From positions 640,001 to 704,000 of the forward strand of contig OZ245842.1 of the NCBI GenBank assembly GCA_965228895.1: a DNA stretch of 64,000 nt, written 5' to 3'. Shown one piece after another: positions 28,847-39,355 of this stretch. Every line of letters starts with the position of its first letter. Positions within the stretch are counted from its first letter, which is position 1. The notes beneath the pieces were generated by a model. The model was not told the origin of the DNA. It did no database searches and worked only from the letters and a program-made list of their open reading frames with translations. The position numbers and the translations under genes are program-made. Source of the stretch: Alphaproteobacteria bacterium. GTDB lineage: Bacteria; Pseudomonadota; Alphaproteobacteria; SP197.

Positions 28847-29790
28847 CGAGCGACCTTGTTCGTGCGGCGGCGTCGCGCTGGCGGCTCTCCTCAGACACCC
28901 TCGACCTGGTCGCGGAGCGTGAGAACAAGATCTACAGCGCGCTCGACACGAACGGGCAGAGGTTCGCGCTTCGCCTGCATCGCGACGGCTACGTTACGGA
29001 GCAGGAGATCCTCTCCGAACTCGCCTGGGTCGATGTGCTGAGTGCCGATGGCGTTGCGGTTCCGTCGCCTCTCGCATCGGCAAGCGGCCGGTTCGTTGAG
29101 AGCATCGAAGGGCGGCTGTTTAGCGCGCTCTCGTGGATGCCGGGCAGGCCCATGGGCGAGGGTGGTGCGCCGCTGGAGCTCGATAATCGCCAGGACGTGT
29201 TTCGAAACATCGGCGTCGCGCTGGCGCAGATGCATACGAGCTCCGATAGCTGGTCACCCCCGGCATCGTTCGAAAGACGGTCATGGGATCTTGATGGGCT
29301 GTTGGGCGAGGCACCGGTGTGGGGCAGGTTCTGGGAGAATCCCTATTTGAACGACGACGACCTTACGGTGATCACGCAGGCGCGTGCCGCGACCCGTGCG
29401 ATCCTCGAGGCGGTCGGTCCGTCGCTCGACTATGGTTTGATCCACGCGGATGCCCTGCGCGAGAACGTCCTGGTTGATGGGAACGACGTCATCCTCATCG
29501 ACTTTGATGACAGCGGATATGGGTTCCGTCTGTTCGAGATCGCGACGACACTGCTGCGCAACAACGACGAGCCCGATATCGCCGACCTCGAGCGCGCACT
29601 GTTGGCGGGTTATCGAAGCGTACGGCCGCTCGACACGACCTACCTGCCGCTCTTCATGGTGCTGCGCGCCTTCACCTATCTGGGATGGATCGTGCCCCGT
29701 ATCGACGAGCCGGAAGGGCATGAACGGTGCGAACTGTTCGTGCGTGAGGCCGTGGGTTTCAGCCGTCAGTTTCTCGAGACGCACAGGTAG
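28843..29790 (+). CDS. APH/homoserine kinase type II-family phosphotransferase
   Basis: ALRLHR, GLIHAD, N, IDFDDSG; ATGA overlap with the upstream gene. Confidence 0.85.
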   Translation: MTSDLVRAAASRWRLSSDTLDLVAERENKIYSALDTNGQRFALRLHRDGYVTEQEILSELAWVDVLSADGVAVPSPLASASGRFVESIEGRLFSALSWMPGRPMGEGGAPLELDNRQDVFRNIGVALAQMHTSSDSWSPPASFERRSWDLDGLLGEAPVWGRFWENPYLNDDDLTVITQARAATRAILEAVGPSLDYGLIHADALRENVLVDGNDVILIDFDDSGYGFRLFEIATTLLRNNDEPDIADLERALLAGYRSVRPLDTTYLPLFMVLRAFTYLGWIVPRIDEPEGHERCELFVREAVGFSRQFLETHR

Positions 29791-29809
29791 TCGTCAGAGA
29801 ACGAGGGGT

Positions 29810-30253
29810 TCACGCGGATTGAAGGTTGGACAACCTTCGCAAGACGTTCGCGAGAACCTTCGACTCCTCGGCCGTCAGGTCGGCCGTCAGTCTGTCGTTG
29901 TAGGCGCTGGCTTGTGACTTCAGGTCTTCGAACGCTTCCCGGCCGATCTCCGTCAGTTCCAGATTCTCGCGCCGGCGATCCTCGGTATCGGTCTTACGGA
30001 CCAGGAAGCGGCGTTCGGCCAGTTTCTGAACGGCGCGGCTGACCTTGGTTTTGTGGGTCTTGGCGCGCAACGAAATCTCGTTCGCGGTCATCACGCCGTA
30101 GCGCCCTAGATGAAACAGAACCCGCCACTCGGTGCGCGTCATGCCGTAGCGTGATTTGTAGGTTTCCCTAAACGCCAGACTGCATTCCTCGGCCGCCTGG
30201 TTCAGCAGATAGGGGAGAAAGTTGATCAAATCGAAATCGCTTTTCTTCGCCAT
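29810..30253 (-). CDS. MarR-family regulator divergent from the homogentisate operon
   Basis: FLPYLL, EWRVL, KVSRAV, DRR..L.LT.G; start MAKK at 30253. Confidence 0.88.
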   Translation of the reverse strand: MAKKSDFDLINFLPYLLNQAAEECSLAFRETYKSRYGMTRTEWRVLFHLGRYGVMTANEISLRAKTHKTKVSRAVQKLAERRFLVRKTDTEDRRRENLELTEIGREAFEDLKSQASAYNDRLTADLTAEESKVLANVLRRLSNLQSA

Positions 30254-30274
30254 GAGGTCACAATAACGCTTGTT

Positions 30275-30290
30275 AGTTACAGATGCAACT
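30275..30290. promoter_or_regulatory. Putative MarR operator
   Basis: Imperfect palindrome AGTTACAGATGCAACT followed by a second GTTACAGA half-site in the marR/hmgA gap. Confidence 0.5.
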
Positions 30291-30324
30291 GTTACAGAAG
30301 ATACCAGTTGAATGAGGACGTGCG

Positions 30325-31692
30325 ATGAACGACCAAAGCTCTGTCCAAACGACCCATACGGACTCCGCGACGGATCGCGGGTCCGAAGGCTACATGCCGG
30401 GGTTCGGCAATGACTTCGAGACCGAGGCGTTGCCCGGCGCCTTGCCGAAAGGCATGAACAGCCCACAGAAATGTCCCTACGGCCTTTATGCCGAACAGTT
30501 ATCGGGCACGCCCTTTACCGCGCCACGCGGCCAGAACGAGCGGGTGTGGTGCTACCGCATTCGGCCGTCGGTCAAACACACCGGTCGTTTCACCAGGATC
30601 GACCTGCCCCGTTGGAAGAGCGCGCCCTGCGTTGACCCCGACGTCATCAGTCTCGGCCAATACCGTTGGGATCCTGTGCCGCACACGCGCGAGACGCTGA
30701 CCTTCATCAGCGGCATGCGCACGATGACGACAGCGGGCGATGTCAACGCGCAGGTCGGCATGGCCGCGCACATCTACCTGGCGACCGCGTCGATGGAGGA
30801 CGAATACTTCTATTCGGCCGACAGCGAATTGCTCGTCGTGCCGCAGGAAGGACGTCTGAGGTTCTGCACCGAACTTGGCATCGTCGACCTGGAACCCAAG
30901 GAAGTCGCCATCCTGCCGCGCGGCATGGTGTTCCGTGTCGAACTGATCGACGGGCCGGCGCGCGGTTTCGTCTGCGAGAACTACGGTCAGAAGTTCGACC
31001 TGCCGTCACGCGGACCGATCGGCGCCAACGGTCTGGCCAACCCTCGGGATTTCAAGACACCGGTCGCCGCCTTCGAGGACCGCGAGGCCAAATCGCGCCT
31101 GATCGTCAAGTGGTGTGGTCAGTTCCACGAAACATCGATCGATCACTCGCCGCTGGATGTTGTCGCCTGGCACGGCAACTACGCCGTCTGCAAGTATGAC
31201 CTCAGCACCTTCAGCCCCGTCGGCTCGATTCTGTTCGATCATCCCGACCCGTCGATCTTCACGGTGCTGACAGCGCCGTCAGGCGTCGAGGGCACGGCGA
31301 ATATCGACTTTGTGCTGTTCCGCGAACGCTGGATGGTCGCCGAGGATACGTTCCGTCCGCCGTGGTATCACAAGAACATCATGTCCGAGCTGATGGGCAA
31401 CATCTACGGTATCTATGACGCTAAACCTCACGGGTTCGTCCCCGGCGGCATGTCGCTGCACAACATGATGCTGCCCCACGGGCCCGACGAGGCGGCCTTC
31501 GAAGGCGCGTCGCGCGCTGAGCTGAAACCCGAGAAGTACGAGGACACCATGTCTTTCATGCTCGAGACCCGGTTTCCCCAGCACGTGACGGCCTTCGCGG
31601 CCAAGGAAGCGCCGCTGCAGAGCAACTATCCCGACTGCTGGACGGGGCTGAAGAAACGTTTCGACGGGTCGCGGGAAGGCGACTGGTCATAA
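30325..31692 (+). CDS. hmgA: Homogentisate 1,2-dioxygenase
   Basis: [43 protein letters not shown]. Confidence 0.96.
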   Translation: MNDQSSVQTTHTDSATDRGSEGYMPGFGNDFETEALPGALPKGMNSPQKCPYGLYAEQLSGTPFTAPRGQNERVWCYRIRPSVKHTGRFTRIDLPRWKSAPCVDPDVISLGQYRWDPVPHTRETLTFISGMRTMTTAGDVNAQVGMAAHIYLATASMEDEYFYSADSELLVVPQEGRLRFCTELGIVDLEPKEVAILPRGMVFRVELIDGPARGFVCENYGQKFDLPSRGPIGANGLANPRDFKTPVAAFEDREAKSRLIVKWCGQFHETSIDHSPLDVVAWHGNYAVCKYDLSTFSPVGSILFDHPDPSIFTVLTAPSGVEGTANIDFVLFRERWMVAEDTFRPPWYHKNIMSELMGNIYGIYDAKPHGFVPGGMSLHNMMLPHGPDEAAFEGASRAELKPEKYEDTMSFMLETRFPQHVTAFAAKEAPLQSNYPDCWTGLKKRFDGSREGDWS

Positions 31693-31702
31693 GGGAGAAC
31701 GT

Positions 31703-32950
31703 ATGGGCCTGGTGACATCGTGGGTCGCGTCCGCCAACGAAACTGATAGCGACTTTCCGCTCAACAATCTGCCCTTCGGCGTCTTCTCCGACGGCAGGCC
31801 GGCGCGCTGCTGCACGGCGATCGGAGATCAGGCGCTCGATCTGGCGGCGCTCGAAACCGCCGGCCTCATGCCGGTCATGGGGTTCGATGAGGATGGTCTT
31901 AACACGTTCATGGCCAAAGGCAGCGACGCGTGGGATCAGGTCCGCGAGACCCTGACCGCACTGCTCGCCGAAGGTTCTGGCGATCAGGACAAGGTCGCCC
32001 CGGCCCTGCATCCGATGGCCGACGTTAGCCTGCACCTGCCGTTCCGCGTTGCCGAGTACACGGACTTTTACGCCGGGAAACACCACGCATCGAATGTCGG
32101 CACGATGTTCCGCGGGCCAGAAAATGCGCTGCCGCCAAATTGGCTGCACATTCCGATCGGCTATAACGGCCGATCCTCGACGGTCATCGTCAGTGGCACC
32201 GATGTTCGCCGGCCTTTAGGCCAGACCAAGGCGCCGGATGCGGACGCGCCGTCTTTTGGTCCGTGCAAACGTCTGGATATTGAGTTGGAGATGGGTGCGG
32301 TCGTAGGGTTGCCATCGCCAATGGGCGAACCGGTCAGCGTCGACCAAGCCGACGAGATGATCTTCGGCTACGTGCTCCTGAACGATTGGTCGGCGCGCGA
32401 CATTCAGGCCTGGGAATATCAGCCGCTCGGCCCGTTCCAGGCCAAGGCGTTTGCCACGTCGATCAGCCCCTGGGTCGTTACCAAGGCGGCGCTGGCGCCG
32501 TTTCGTGCTTCGACACCGGCGCGCGAAAAACCGTTGCTGCCATATCTGCGGGAATCCGGACCAATGCTCTATGACATCGATTTAGCGGTCACCATGCAGC
32601 CTGCGGGCGTGGCAAGACCGACGACCATCTGCCGCACGAACTATCGCGAGATGTACTATTCGGCTGCCCAACAGCTTGCCCACCATGCCAGCTCCGGCTG
32701 CGCCATGAACACTGGCGACTTGTTGGGATCCGGTACGATATCAGGCGCCGACAAGGCCAGTTTCGGCTCGCTGCTGGAACTGTCGTGGGGCGGCAAAGAA
32801 CCGCTGACGCTGGATACCGGAGAAACGCGGAGTTTTATCGAAGACGGCGATACACTGACGCTCAGCGGCTATGCCCAGGGCGACGGCTATCGCGTGGGGT
32901 TCGGGACCTGCACCGGTACCATCCGGCCTGCCCTCGACAACAAGACATAG
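31703..32950 (+). CDS. fahA: Fumarylacetoacetase
   Basis: YTDFY, YNGRSS, LDIELE, NDWSARDIQAWEY, GSGTISG. Confidence 0.95.
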   Translation: MGLVTSWVASANETDSDFPLNNLPFGVFSDGRPARCCTAIGDQALDLAALETAGLMPVMGFDEDGLNTFMAKGSDAWDQVRETLTALLAEGSGDQDKVAPALHPMADVSLHLPFRVAEYTDFYAGKHHASNVGTMFRGPENALPPNWLHIPIGYNGRSSTVIVSGTDVRRPLGQTKAPDADAPSFGPCKRLDIELEMGAVVGLPSPMGEPVSVDQADEMIFGYVLLNDWSARDIQAWEYQPLGPFQAKAFATSISPWVVTKAALAPFRASTPAREKPLLPYLRESGPMLYDIDLAVTMQPAGVARPTTICRTNYREMYYSAAQQLAHHASSGCAMNTGDLLGSGTISGADKASFGSLLELSWGGKEPLTLDTGETRSFIEDGDTLTLSGYAQGDGYRVGFGTCTGTIRPALDNKT

Positions 32951-32962
32951 GGAGACACAACC

Positions 32963-33913
32963 ATGGCCGTTGCATTCGCCTCTCAAGGCGACCTGGAAGA
33001 AAAAACCATCAGCTTCACCGAAGTCGGCGAGGGCCTGTGGGCGTTCACCGCCGAGGGCGATCCGAACTCCGGCGTCATCATCGGTGACGACAGCGTCATG
33101 GTGGTCGAGGCCCAGGCGACGCCGCGTCTGGCCAACATGGTGATCGAGAAGGTGCGCAGCGTGACCGACAAGCCGATCACCCACCTTGTGATGACGCATT
33201 ATCACGCTGTCAGGGTGCTTGGCGCGTCGGCGTATGCCGCTGACCAGGTCATCATGGGCGAAAGGGCGCGCGCCATGGTCGCCGAGCGTGGCCAGGAAGA
33301 TTGGGATAGCGAGTTTCAGCGCTTTCCCCGCCTGTTCGAGGGCTATGAAAGCATTCCCGGCCTGACCTGGCCGAACACCACTTTCGACAACCGCATGACG
33401 GTCTTCCTAGGCAAGCGCCGGGTTGATCTGATGCATCTGGGCCGCGCCCACACGGCCGGTGATGTCGTCGTCCACGTACCCGACGAGAACGTCATGTTCA
33501 CAGGCGACATCGTCGAATACCACTCCGCCTGTTATTGCGGCGACGGTCACTTCGGTGACTGGGGCACGACGCTCGACAAGATCAAGGCGTTCGATCTGAC
33601 GGCTATTTCGCCGGGCCGCGGTGACGCGTTGGTCGGCACCGACATGGTGAACGCCGCCTTGGACAACACCCGTGATTTCGTCGAGAGCACCTACCGGCCG
33701 GCGGCCCAGGTCGCGGCGCGCGGCGGGTCGCTTAAGGAGGCGTGGGATGCGGTGCGCGCTGCATGCGATCCCAAATTTGCCGACTACGCGATCTACGAAC
33801 ACTGTCTGCCTTTCAATGTCGCGCGCGCCTATGACGAGGCCAACGGCATCGACACGCCCAGGATTTGGACCGCCGAGCGCGATCTGGAAATGTGGGCGCA
33901 ACTGCAGGGCTGA
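32963..33913 (+). CDS. MBL-fold metallo-hydrolase-like protein of the hmg cluster
   Basis: THYHAVR, AHTAGD, FTGD motifs. Confidence 0.8.
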   Translation: MAVAFASQGDLEEKTISFTEVGEGLWAFTAEGDPNSGVIIGDDSVMVVEAQATPRLANMVIEKVRSVTDKPITHLVMTHYHAVRVLGASAYAADQVIMGERARAMVAERGQEDWDSEFQRFPRLFEGYESIPGLTWPNTTFDNRMTVFLGKRRVDLMHLGRAHTAGDVVVHVPDENVMFTGDIVEYHSACYCGDGHFGDWGTTLDKIKAFDLTAISPGRGDALVGTDMVNAALDNTRDFVESTYRPAAQVAARGGSLKEAWDAVRAACDPKFADYAIYEHCLPFNVARAYDEANGIDTPRIWTAERDLEMWAQLQG

Positions 33914-33935
33914 CCGCGCACGCGGCAGGTGATTT

Positions 33936-35561
33936 ATGACACGTTATGTTTACAAGCAGTTTGACTATGTCGTACCGCCCGGCCTGACGGAGGCGGAACC
34001 GCGCCATCCGGTGGTCATAGTCGGAGCCGGACCCATCGGTCTGGCGATGGCGATCGATCTTGCCCAGCGCGGCATCGCCAGTGTCGTCTTGGACGACAAC
34101 AACGTCGTTTCGGTCGGCTCGCGGGCGATCTGCTGGGCCAAGCGCACGCTGGAGATCTTCGACCGGCTGGGTGTCGGCGAACGCATGCTCGAGAAAGGCG
34201 TCACCTGGAAGGTCGGCCGCCTGTTCCACGGCGACGCCGAGGTCTACAACTTCGATCTCTTGCCGGAGGAAGGCCACAAATACCCCGCCTTCATCAATCT
34301 GCAGCAGTACTATGTTGAGCAGTATCTGGTCGAGCGGGCGCGCGAGTTTCCGGACCTCATCGACCTCAGGTTCAAGAACAATGTCACGGCGCATGAGGAT
34401 CGCGGCGATCATGTCGTGTTGACTGCCGAGACGCCGGATGGTTCCTATCAACTGGAAGCCGGCTATTACTTGGCTTGCGACGGCGCGAAGTCGCCGACCC
34501 GCGAGCGCATGGGTTTGGCGTTCGAAGGCCAGACCTTCGACGAGCACTTTCTCATCGTCGATGTGGAGATGGAGCAAAGCCCGTTCGAAACCCAGGAGCC
34601 GGAGCGCTGGTTCTGGTTCGATCCAACCTTTCATAACGGGCAGTCGGCGCTGCTGCACAAACAGCCGGATAACATCTACCGTATCGATCTGCAGCTCAGG
34701 CCGGAGACCGACCTGGAAGCTGAAGCGAACGAGGAACGGGTGATCCCGCGCATCAAGGCCGTGGTCGGCGACACACCCTTCACCCTCGACTGGATGAGCA
34801 TCTATCAGTTCCGTTGCGCGATGCTGAACCGGTTCGTCCACGGCCGCGTTCTCTTCATCGGTGACAGCGCCCATGTCGTGTCGCCGTTCGGCGCACGCGG
34901 CGGCAATGGCGGGATCCAGGATGTCGATAACCTGAGCTGGAAACTCGCCGCCGTTCTGCGCGGTGATGCCACGGAGGCATTGCTTGAGACCTATGACGCC
35001 GAACGCCGTCACGGCGCGGCCGAGAATCTCATGAACTCCTCGCGCGCGACCCACTTCATGACGCCGAAGTCTCCGATCGAAACGCTGTTTCGCGGTGAGG
35101 TGCTGAGGCTTGCCCGCGACATGCCGTTCGCGCGTAAATTGATCAACTCCGGCAGATTGTCCGTGCCGTGTTCTCTGGCAGGCCAGGAGTTGCAAGGCGA
35201 GGGGCAAGGGGCGGTTCCGCCGGGCACGGCCATGCCCGATGCGCCGTTGTCGGGCCCCGATGGCGACACGTGGATGATCTCGGAGATTCAGGGCGCCTTT
35301 ACGCTCGTCGGGCTCGGCGACGTGGCGTTGCCGCGCATCGACGGCGTGCGCCGGATCGGCATCGATCAACAACCGGGCGACTATCCGGTGTTTGCCGACA
35401 AAGGCGGGTTCGCCCGAAAACACTACGGCACTGCGATGGCCTATCTCTTCCGTCCCGATGGCCATGTCGCCGCCGTCTTTGATAAGCCCGATGCGGCCCG
35501 CGTGCACGGCGCGCTTGCGCGCGCATCCGGCCAGACATTGATGCAGGAGGTCGCGGAATGA
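33936..35561 (+). CDS. FAD-dependent aromatic monooxygenase (MhaA/MhpA-like)
   Basis: GAGPIG, CDGAKS, GDSAH..PFGARGGN, RPDGHV. Confidence 0.88.
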   Translation: MTRYVYKQFDYVVPPGLTEAEPRHPVVIVGAGPIGLAMAIDLAQRGIASVVLDDNNVVSVGSRAICWAKRTLEIFDRLGVGERMLEKGVTWKVGRLFHGDAEVYNFDLLPEEGHKYPAFINLQQYYVEQYLVERAREFPDLIDLRFKNNVTAHEDRGDHVVLTAETPDGSYQLEAGYYLACDGAKSPTRERMGLAFEGQTFDEHFLIVDVEMEQSPFETQEPERWFWFDPTFHNGQSALLHKQPDNIYRIDLQLRPETDLEAEANEERVIPRIKAVVGDTPFTLDWMSIYQFRCAMLNRFVHGRVLFIGDSAHVVSPFGARGGNGGIQDVDNLSWKLAAVLRGDATEALLETYDAERRHGAAENLMNSSRATHFMTPKSPIETLFRGEVLRLARDMPFARKLINSGRLSVPCSLAGQELQGEGQGAVPPGTAMPDAPLSGPDGDTWMISEIQGAFTLVGLGDVALPRIDGVRRIGIDQQPGDYPVFADKGGFARKHYGTAMAYLFRPDGHVAAVFDKPDAARVHGALARASGQTLMQEVAE

Positions 35562-35764
35562 CCGCCAAGACATTCGGCGACGACAAACTCGGTGCCGCCG
35601 GCGACACCGTCTATGGCGCTCTAACCGCGATCCACGAGGGCCTCAGCGAAGGCGAAAGCCATGCCCTGAATGCGCGGCTGGTCTTGCTCATGGCCAATGA
35701 GATTGGCGACGGCGAGCGGGTGACGGCGTTGTTTGAAGCGGCACGGCGTTACAGCGATGGCTGA
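35558..35764 (+). CDS. Small DUF2783-like protein (possible MhaB-type coupling protein)
   Basis: D..Y..L...H.GL.......LNARLVLLMAN.IGD; translationally coupled to the monooxygenase. Confidence 0.75.
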   Translation: MTAKTFGDDKLGAAGDTVYGALTAIHEGLSEGESHALNARLVLLMANEIGDGERVTALFEAARRYSDG

Positions 35765-36392
35765 CGTCACGCTCTACGATTTCTGGCGGAGTTCAGCGAG
35801 TTATCGCGTTCGTATCGCGCTGAACCTGGCCGGCATCGCCTATGACGCCGTCTCCGTCGATCTCGCGGCGAAGGCCAACCGGGAACCTGACCATCTGGCC
35901 CGCAATCCCCAGGGTCTGGTACCGGTTTTGGAGATCGACGGGCAACGTCTCACGCAGTCCCTCGCGATGATCGAGTACCTGAACGAGACCCGCGGTCTCG
36001 GATGGTTGCCCGAGAATCCGGTCGAACGCGCGAGGGTGCGCGCGCTGGCCTACAGTGTTGCCGTCGACGTTCATCCCATCTGCAACGTGTCGGTCGCGGC
36101 CCATGTTTCGGAACTCATGGGTGGTGCCGAAGGTGCGCGAAAGGCCTGGATGCAACATTTCATCGGCCCGGGTCTCGGCGCTTTCGAGCAGCTTCTCGCC
36201 GGCTTCGAGCAAACGCCTTACTGCACGGGCGACACGCCATCCCTGGCCGATATCTGTCTGGTGCCCCAGGTCTACAACGCCGAGCGGTGGGATGTCGATC
36301 TGACGTCATTCGCGCGCATTCGCGCGGTGACCGAAATCTGCCGCGCCAACCCGGCCTTCGCGGCAGCCTATCCCGATATCGTTAAGCCGTAA
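35757..36392 (+). CDS. maiA: Maleylacetoacetate isomerase (GST zeta)
   Basis: WRSSASYRVRIALNL, NPQGLVP, HPICN. Confidence 0.92.
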   Translation: MADVTLYDFWRSSASYRVRIALNLAGIAYDAVSVDLAAKANREPDHLARNPQGLVPVLEIDGQRLTQSLAMIEYLNETRGLGWLPENPVERARVRALAYSVAVDVHPICNVSVAAHVSELMGGAEGARKAWMQHFIGPGLGAFEQLLAGFEQTPYCTGDTPSLADICLVPQVYNAERWDVDLTSFARIRAVTEICRANPAFAAAYPDIVKP

Positions 36393-36419
36393 TCTCGGCT
36401 TGCGTGCTCTTGCGCTGCG

Positions 36420-37901
36420 TCAGGGTGCGACAAACAGGGCTGGTGTCGCCGTTTGCGCGAGATCATCACCGATGTCGGCAAGCATAGCCACGGTCCGCCG
36501 TATGTCGTCTTCCGTGGTGCGCGGGTTGATTGTGCAAAGGCGCAAGACCGTTTGACCACGCAGTTCCGTCGATGTCACGACCGCCTCACCGCTGGCCAGG
36601 ATGGCACGCGCGATGTCACGGTTGATACCGTTGACCATGTCGTGGCTCATCTGTTCGTTGCCGGTGTAGCAGAACGTCACCACGCCGAGGCAGGCCGGCG
36701 ACGTCAGAGTTAACCGGGCATCGCTGTGGATCTCGGCCTCTGCCAGCTCGGCGAGCTCAATGCCGCGGTCGACGGCTTGTTTGACGGCGTCCAGACCGAA
36801 ACATTGCAGGGTCATCCATAGTTTTAACGCGCGGAAACCACGGCTTAGCTGGATGCCGTAATCGCAGAAGTTGACCTCGCCGCCCTCGGTCACCGTGTCT
36901 TGCATGTAGTCGGCCTCGACCTTGAAGGTGTCGGCCAAGAGCATTTTGTCGCGCACCAGGACCGCGCCGATTTCGAACGGCTGAAACAACCACTTGTGGG
37001 GATCGAGCACGAGCGAGTCGGCGTGGGAAAGGCCATCCAGCAGTTGGTCCGAACGGTTACCGAGTGCCGCGGACGCGCCATAGGCGCCGTCGATGTGGAG
37101 CCACATGCCGGTCTCACCGCAAAAATCGGCGAGCGCGTTCATCGGGTCGACCGCACCGGTGTTGGTGGTGCCCGCATTGGCAACGACGCAGAACGGGCGG
37201 CGTCCGCTTTCGCGATCCTCGTTGACGGCGCGGCGGAGGCTCGCCGGATCGAGCCGGAACGCATCATCGCAATCGAGTCGGCGCAGCTGGTGTTTGGCAA
37301 ACCCGAGCAAAAAGAGCGCCTTGTCGACGGATGCGTGAACCTGATCGGAGCAATAAACAACCGCATCGTCTGTCTTGTCGTTGAGCACGGCGTGTCGGGC
37401 GACCGCCAACCCCGTCAGGTTGGCGACGGAACCGCCACTGACAAACAGACCGCCGGCGCCATTGGGAAGACCGGTCATCCGGCACATCCATTCGATCATG
37501 GCGAGCTCCAGCGATGCCGGACCGGAACTCTCAAGCCAGGAGCCCGTGAAGACGTTGAAGCCGGATGCCAGTGTGTCGGCAAGCACGCCATAGAAATTGC
37601 TCGGGCCGGGTACGAACGCGAAGTAGCGCGGATGGTTACACAGCAGGCTGTTGCCGAAGACATCGCGCTGAACCTGTTCGAGCACCTGATCGAACGGGCG
37701 GCCTCTCGCGGGTGGTTCGCCGGCAAAGAGCTTCGCGAGCTCGTCTTGATCGCCGACATGGCCGACGGGCTCGTCCTTGAGCGTGGCGAGATGGTCTACC
37801 ACGGCATCGATAGCGGCATGCCCATCGGTCCGCATGCGTTCAAGGTCAGGTTCGAGCCGCTTGTCGGCACCTGATGGTGGGGGAGCCGCGCGGTCGTTCA
37901 T
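36420..37901 (-). CDS. Group II PLP-dependent decarboxylase (aromatic amino acid/DDC-like)
   Basis: HPRYFAF, SGGS.AN, HIDGAYG, DPHKW, SRGFRALKLW. Confidence 0.9.
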   Translation of the reverse strand: MNDRAAPPPSGADKRLEPDLERMRTDGHAAIDAVVDHLATLKDEPVGHVGDQDELAKLFAGEPPARGRPFDQVLEQVQRDVFGNSLLCNHPRYFAFVPGPSNFYGVLADTLASGFNVFTGSWLESSGPASLELAMIEWMCRMTGLPNGAGGLFVSGGSVANLTGLAVARHAVLNDKTDDAVVYCSDQVHASVDKALFLLGFAKHQLRRLDCDDAFRLDPASLRRAVNEDRESGRRPFCVVANAGTTNTGAVDPMNALADFCGETGMWLHIDGAYGASAALGNRSDQLLDGLSHADSLVLDPHKWLFQPFEIGAVLVRDKMLLADTFKVEADYMQDTVTEGGEVNFCDYGIQLSRGFRALKLWMTLQCFGLDAVKQAVDRGIELAELAEAEIHSDARLTLTSPACLGVVTFCYTGNEQMSHDMVNGINRDIARAILASGEAVVTSTELRGQTVLRLCTINPRTTEDDIRRTVAMLADIGDDLAQTATPALFVAP

Positions 37902-39355
37902 GAAGCGGTACCCAGGATGTCATCGAGCCGTGCTTTCAAGCCGTCGACCAGGGTGGTCGCGCCGGCCTCGTGCCACATGTCGACATCGGAGCGGGCAAAA
38001 AGCGACGGCAGCCACATTTCGTTCAGGTAGCGACCATGGGTGTGTTCGTCAGTCAGAAAACTGTTGTCCTGGGCGGCACGGGCGATGACATCGACGGCCA
38101 GGCTGGCTTCATCGACGGTGATTCCGGCGGCAAACCGGCTTGCCATGCCGGCCAATTCGTCGGCCAGCACGAGCATTTCGAGCGAACCGGTCCGTCCGGC
38201 CGAGAGATAACCGAGATTGTGCACAAAGGAGGTGCCGGAGAGGACCGCTGTCGTCATGTTCGACGCAGCCTCGGCCGCAGCCTGTTGATCGACCACATGG
38301 GCATCGCTGCAGCCGGCCGCGACCCAACTGGGCAGGCCGAGATGGGCGAAGAACTCGGCGGCACCGAGCCCGGCCTGGCTATACTCCGGCGACCCATAGG
38401 CGAGATCGGCGCGGCGCATGTCCATAGGCAGGATCGCCGTGCCGGACATCAGCGGCGCGCCCGGCCGCTCGTCCTGATGAATAACCAGACCGGCCAAGGT
38501 CTCTGCCGTCGATTGGGCAATCGATCCGGCCAATGTGATCGGCCCGGACATGCCGGGAAAAAGCGCGGGATAGCAGACGATCGGCAGGGACAGGCGTGCG
38601 GCGTCGCGTAATCGGCGGCAGGTCTCGCTTCCCAGCTTCAGGGGCGACACCGGTCCGACCAGATCAATGCCGGTGGGCTTGTCCGCGAGCGCATCGTCGC
38701 CGCCGGCGATGTCACTTAGATGACGCCAGATACGCCGGGTGACCGTCTCGTCATGGCCGGTAAACGCGACCGGCTTGACGGTGTTCTCGACCAGGGTGCT
38801 GACGGTAATGACGGCTTCATCCTCCGGCGGCACGTCGCTTGGAAAACCGAGGGATGCCGCGACATCGATATTGGCCAGGGCTTCACAGACCTTGCCCGTG
38901 GCGGCGATGTCGTCGAGAACGCATGGCCGGTGCTCGCCGGTGCGATGGTCGAGGGTCTTGATGCAGTTAACCCCTGGGCCGAAGCGCGGCACCGCGTCCG
39001 ACGTATCCATCGCCAGGCGCCCGTTTCGGTCGTAGAGCATGACGTTGGAGGGCGCGCTCTCCAGCGCTGCCTCGACAAGATCGGTCATCATCAGCAACCG
39101 CCCGGCATCGCCTTCGCGGCAGCCTGGCCGCGCCAGCAGGATATCCCGGGTCTCATCATCTTCGACGATGACTCCGACCTTCTCCAGGATCGCAAGCGTC
39201 GCCGCACGCAACAGGTTGAGGTCACTCTCGTTGAACAGCCGCAGGCGCAGGGTCGTGGCAAAGCGGCTGGCCGGTGGCGGTGTTTCCTTTTTGCGACGTC
39301 GCCTCCGAGGCTGCGCCTCCGGTGCTTGTTCGATACCGGTTTGTTGTACGGTCAT
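37898..39355 (-). CDS. Trimethylamine methyltransferase (MttB) superfamily protein, non-pyrrolysine
   Basis: PVSPL, GPITLAG, YGSPE, DQQAAAE, FLTDEHT; no in-frame TAG. Confidence 0.85.
   Translation of the reverse strand: MTVQQTGIEQAPEAQPRRRRRKKETPPPASRFATTLRLRLFNESDLNLLRAATLAILEKVGVIVEDDETRDILLARPGCREGDAGRLLMMTDLVEAALESAPSNVMLYDRNGRLAMDTSDAVPRFGPGVNCIKTLDHRTGEHRPCVLDDIAATGKVCEALANIDVAASLGFPSDVPPEDEAVITVSTLVENTVKPVAFTGHDETVTRRIWRHLSDIAGGDDALADKPTGIDLVGPVSPLKLGSETCRRLRDAARLSLPIVCYPALFPGMSGPITLAGSIAQSTAETLAGLVIHQDERPGAPLMSGTAILPMDMRRADLAYGSPEYSQAGLGAAEFFAHLGLPSWVAAGCSDAHVVDQQAAAEAASNMTTAVLSGTSFVHNLGYLSAGRTGSLEMLVLADELAGMASRFAAGITVDEASLAVDVIARAAQDNSFLTDEHTHGRYLNEMWLPSLFARSDVDMWHEAGATTLVDGLKARLDDILGTAS

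Noticed and set aside
33813-35573. Long antisense ORFs (586 aa here; also 3596-4984, 41126-42385, 50432-51517, 54691-55848)
   Set aside because: They shadow well-supported genes on the opposite strand, have no family motifs, and are expected in high-GC DNA
37898-39355. Pyrrolysine read-through in the MttB genes
   Set aside because: Both MttB ORFs are uninterrupted with no in-frame TAG, and no pyl genes are present
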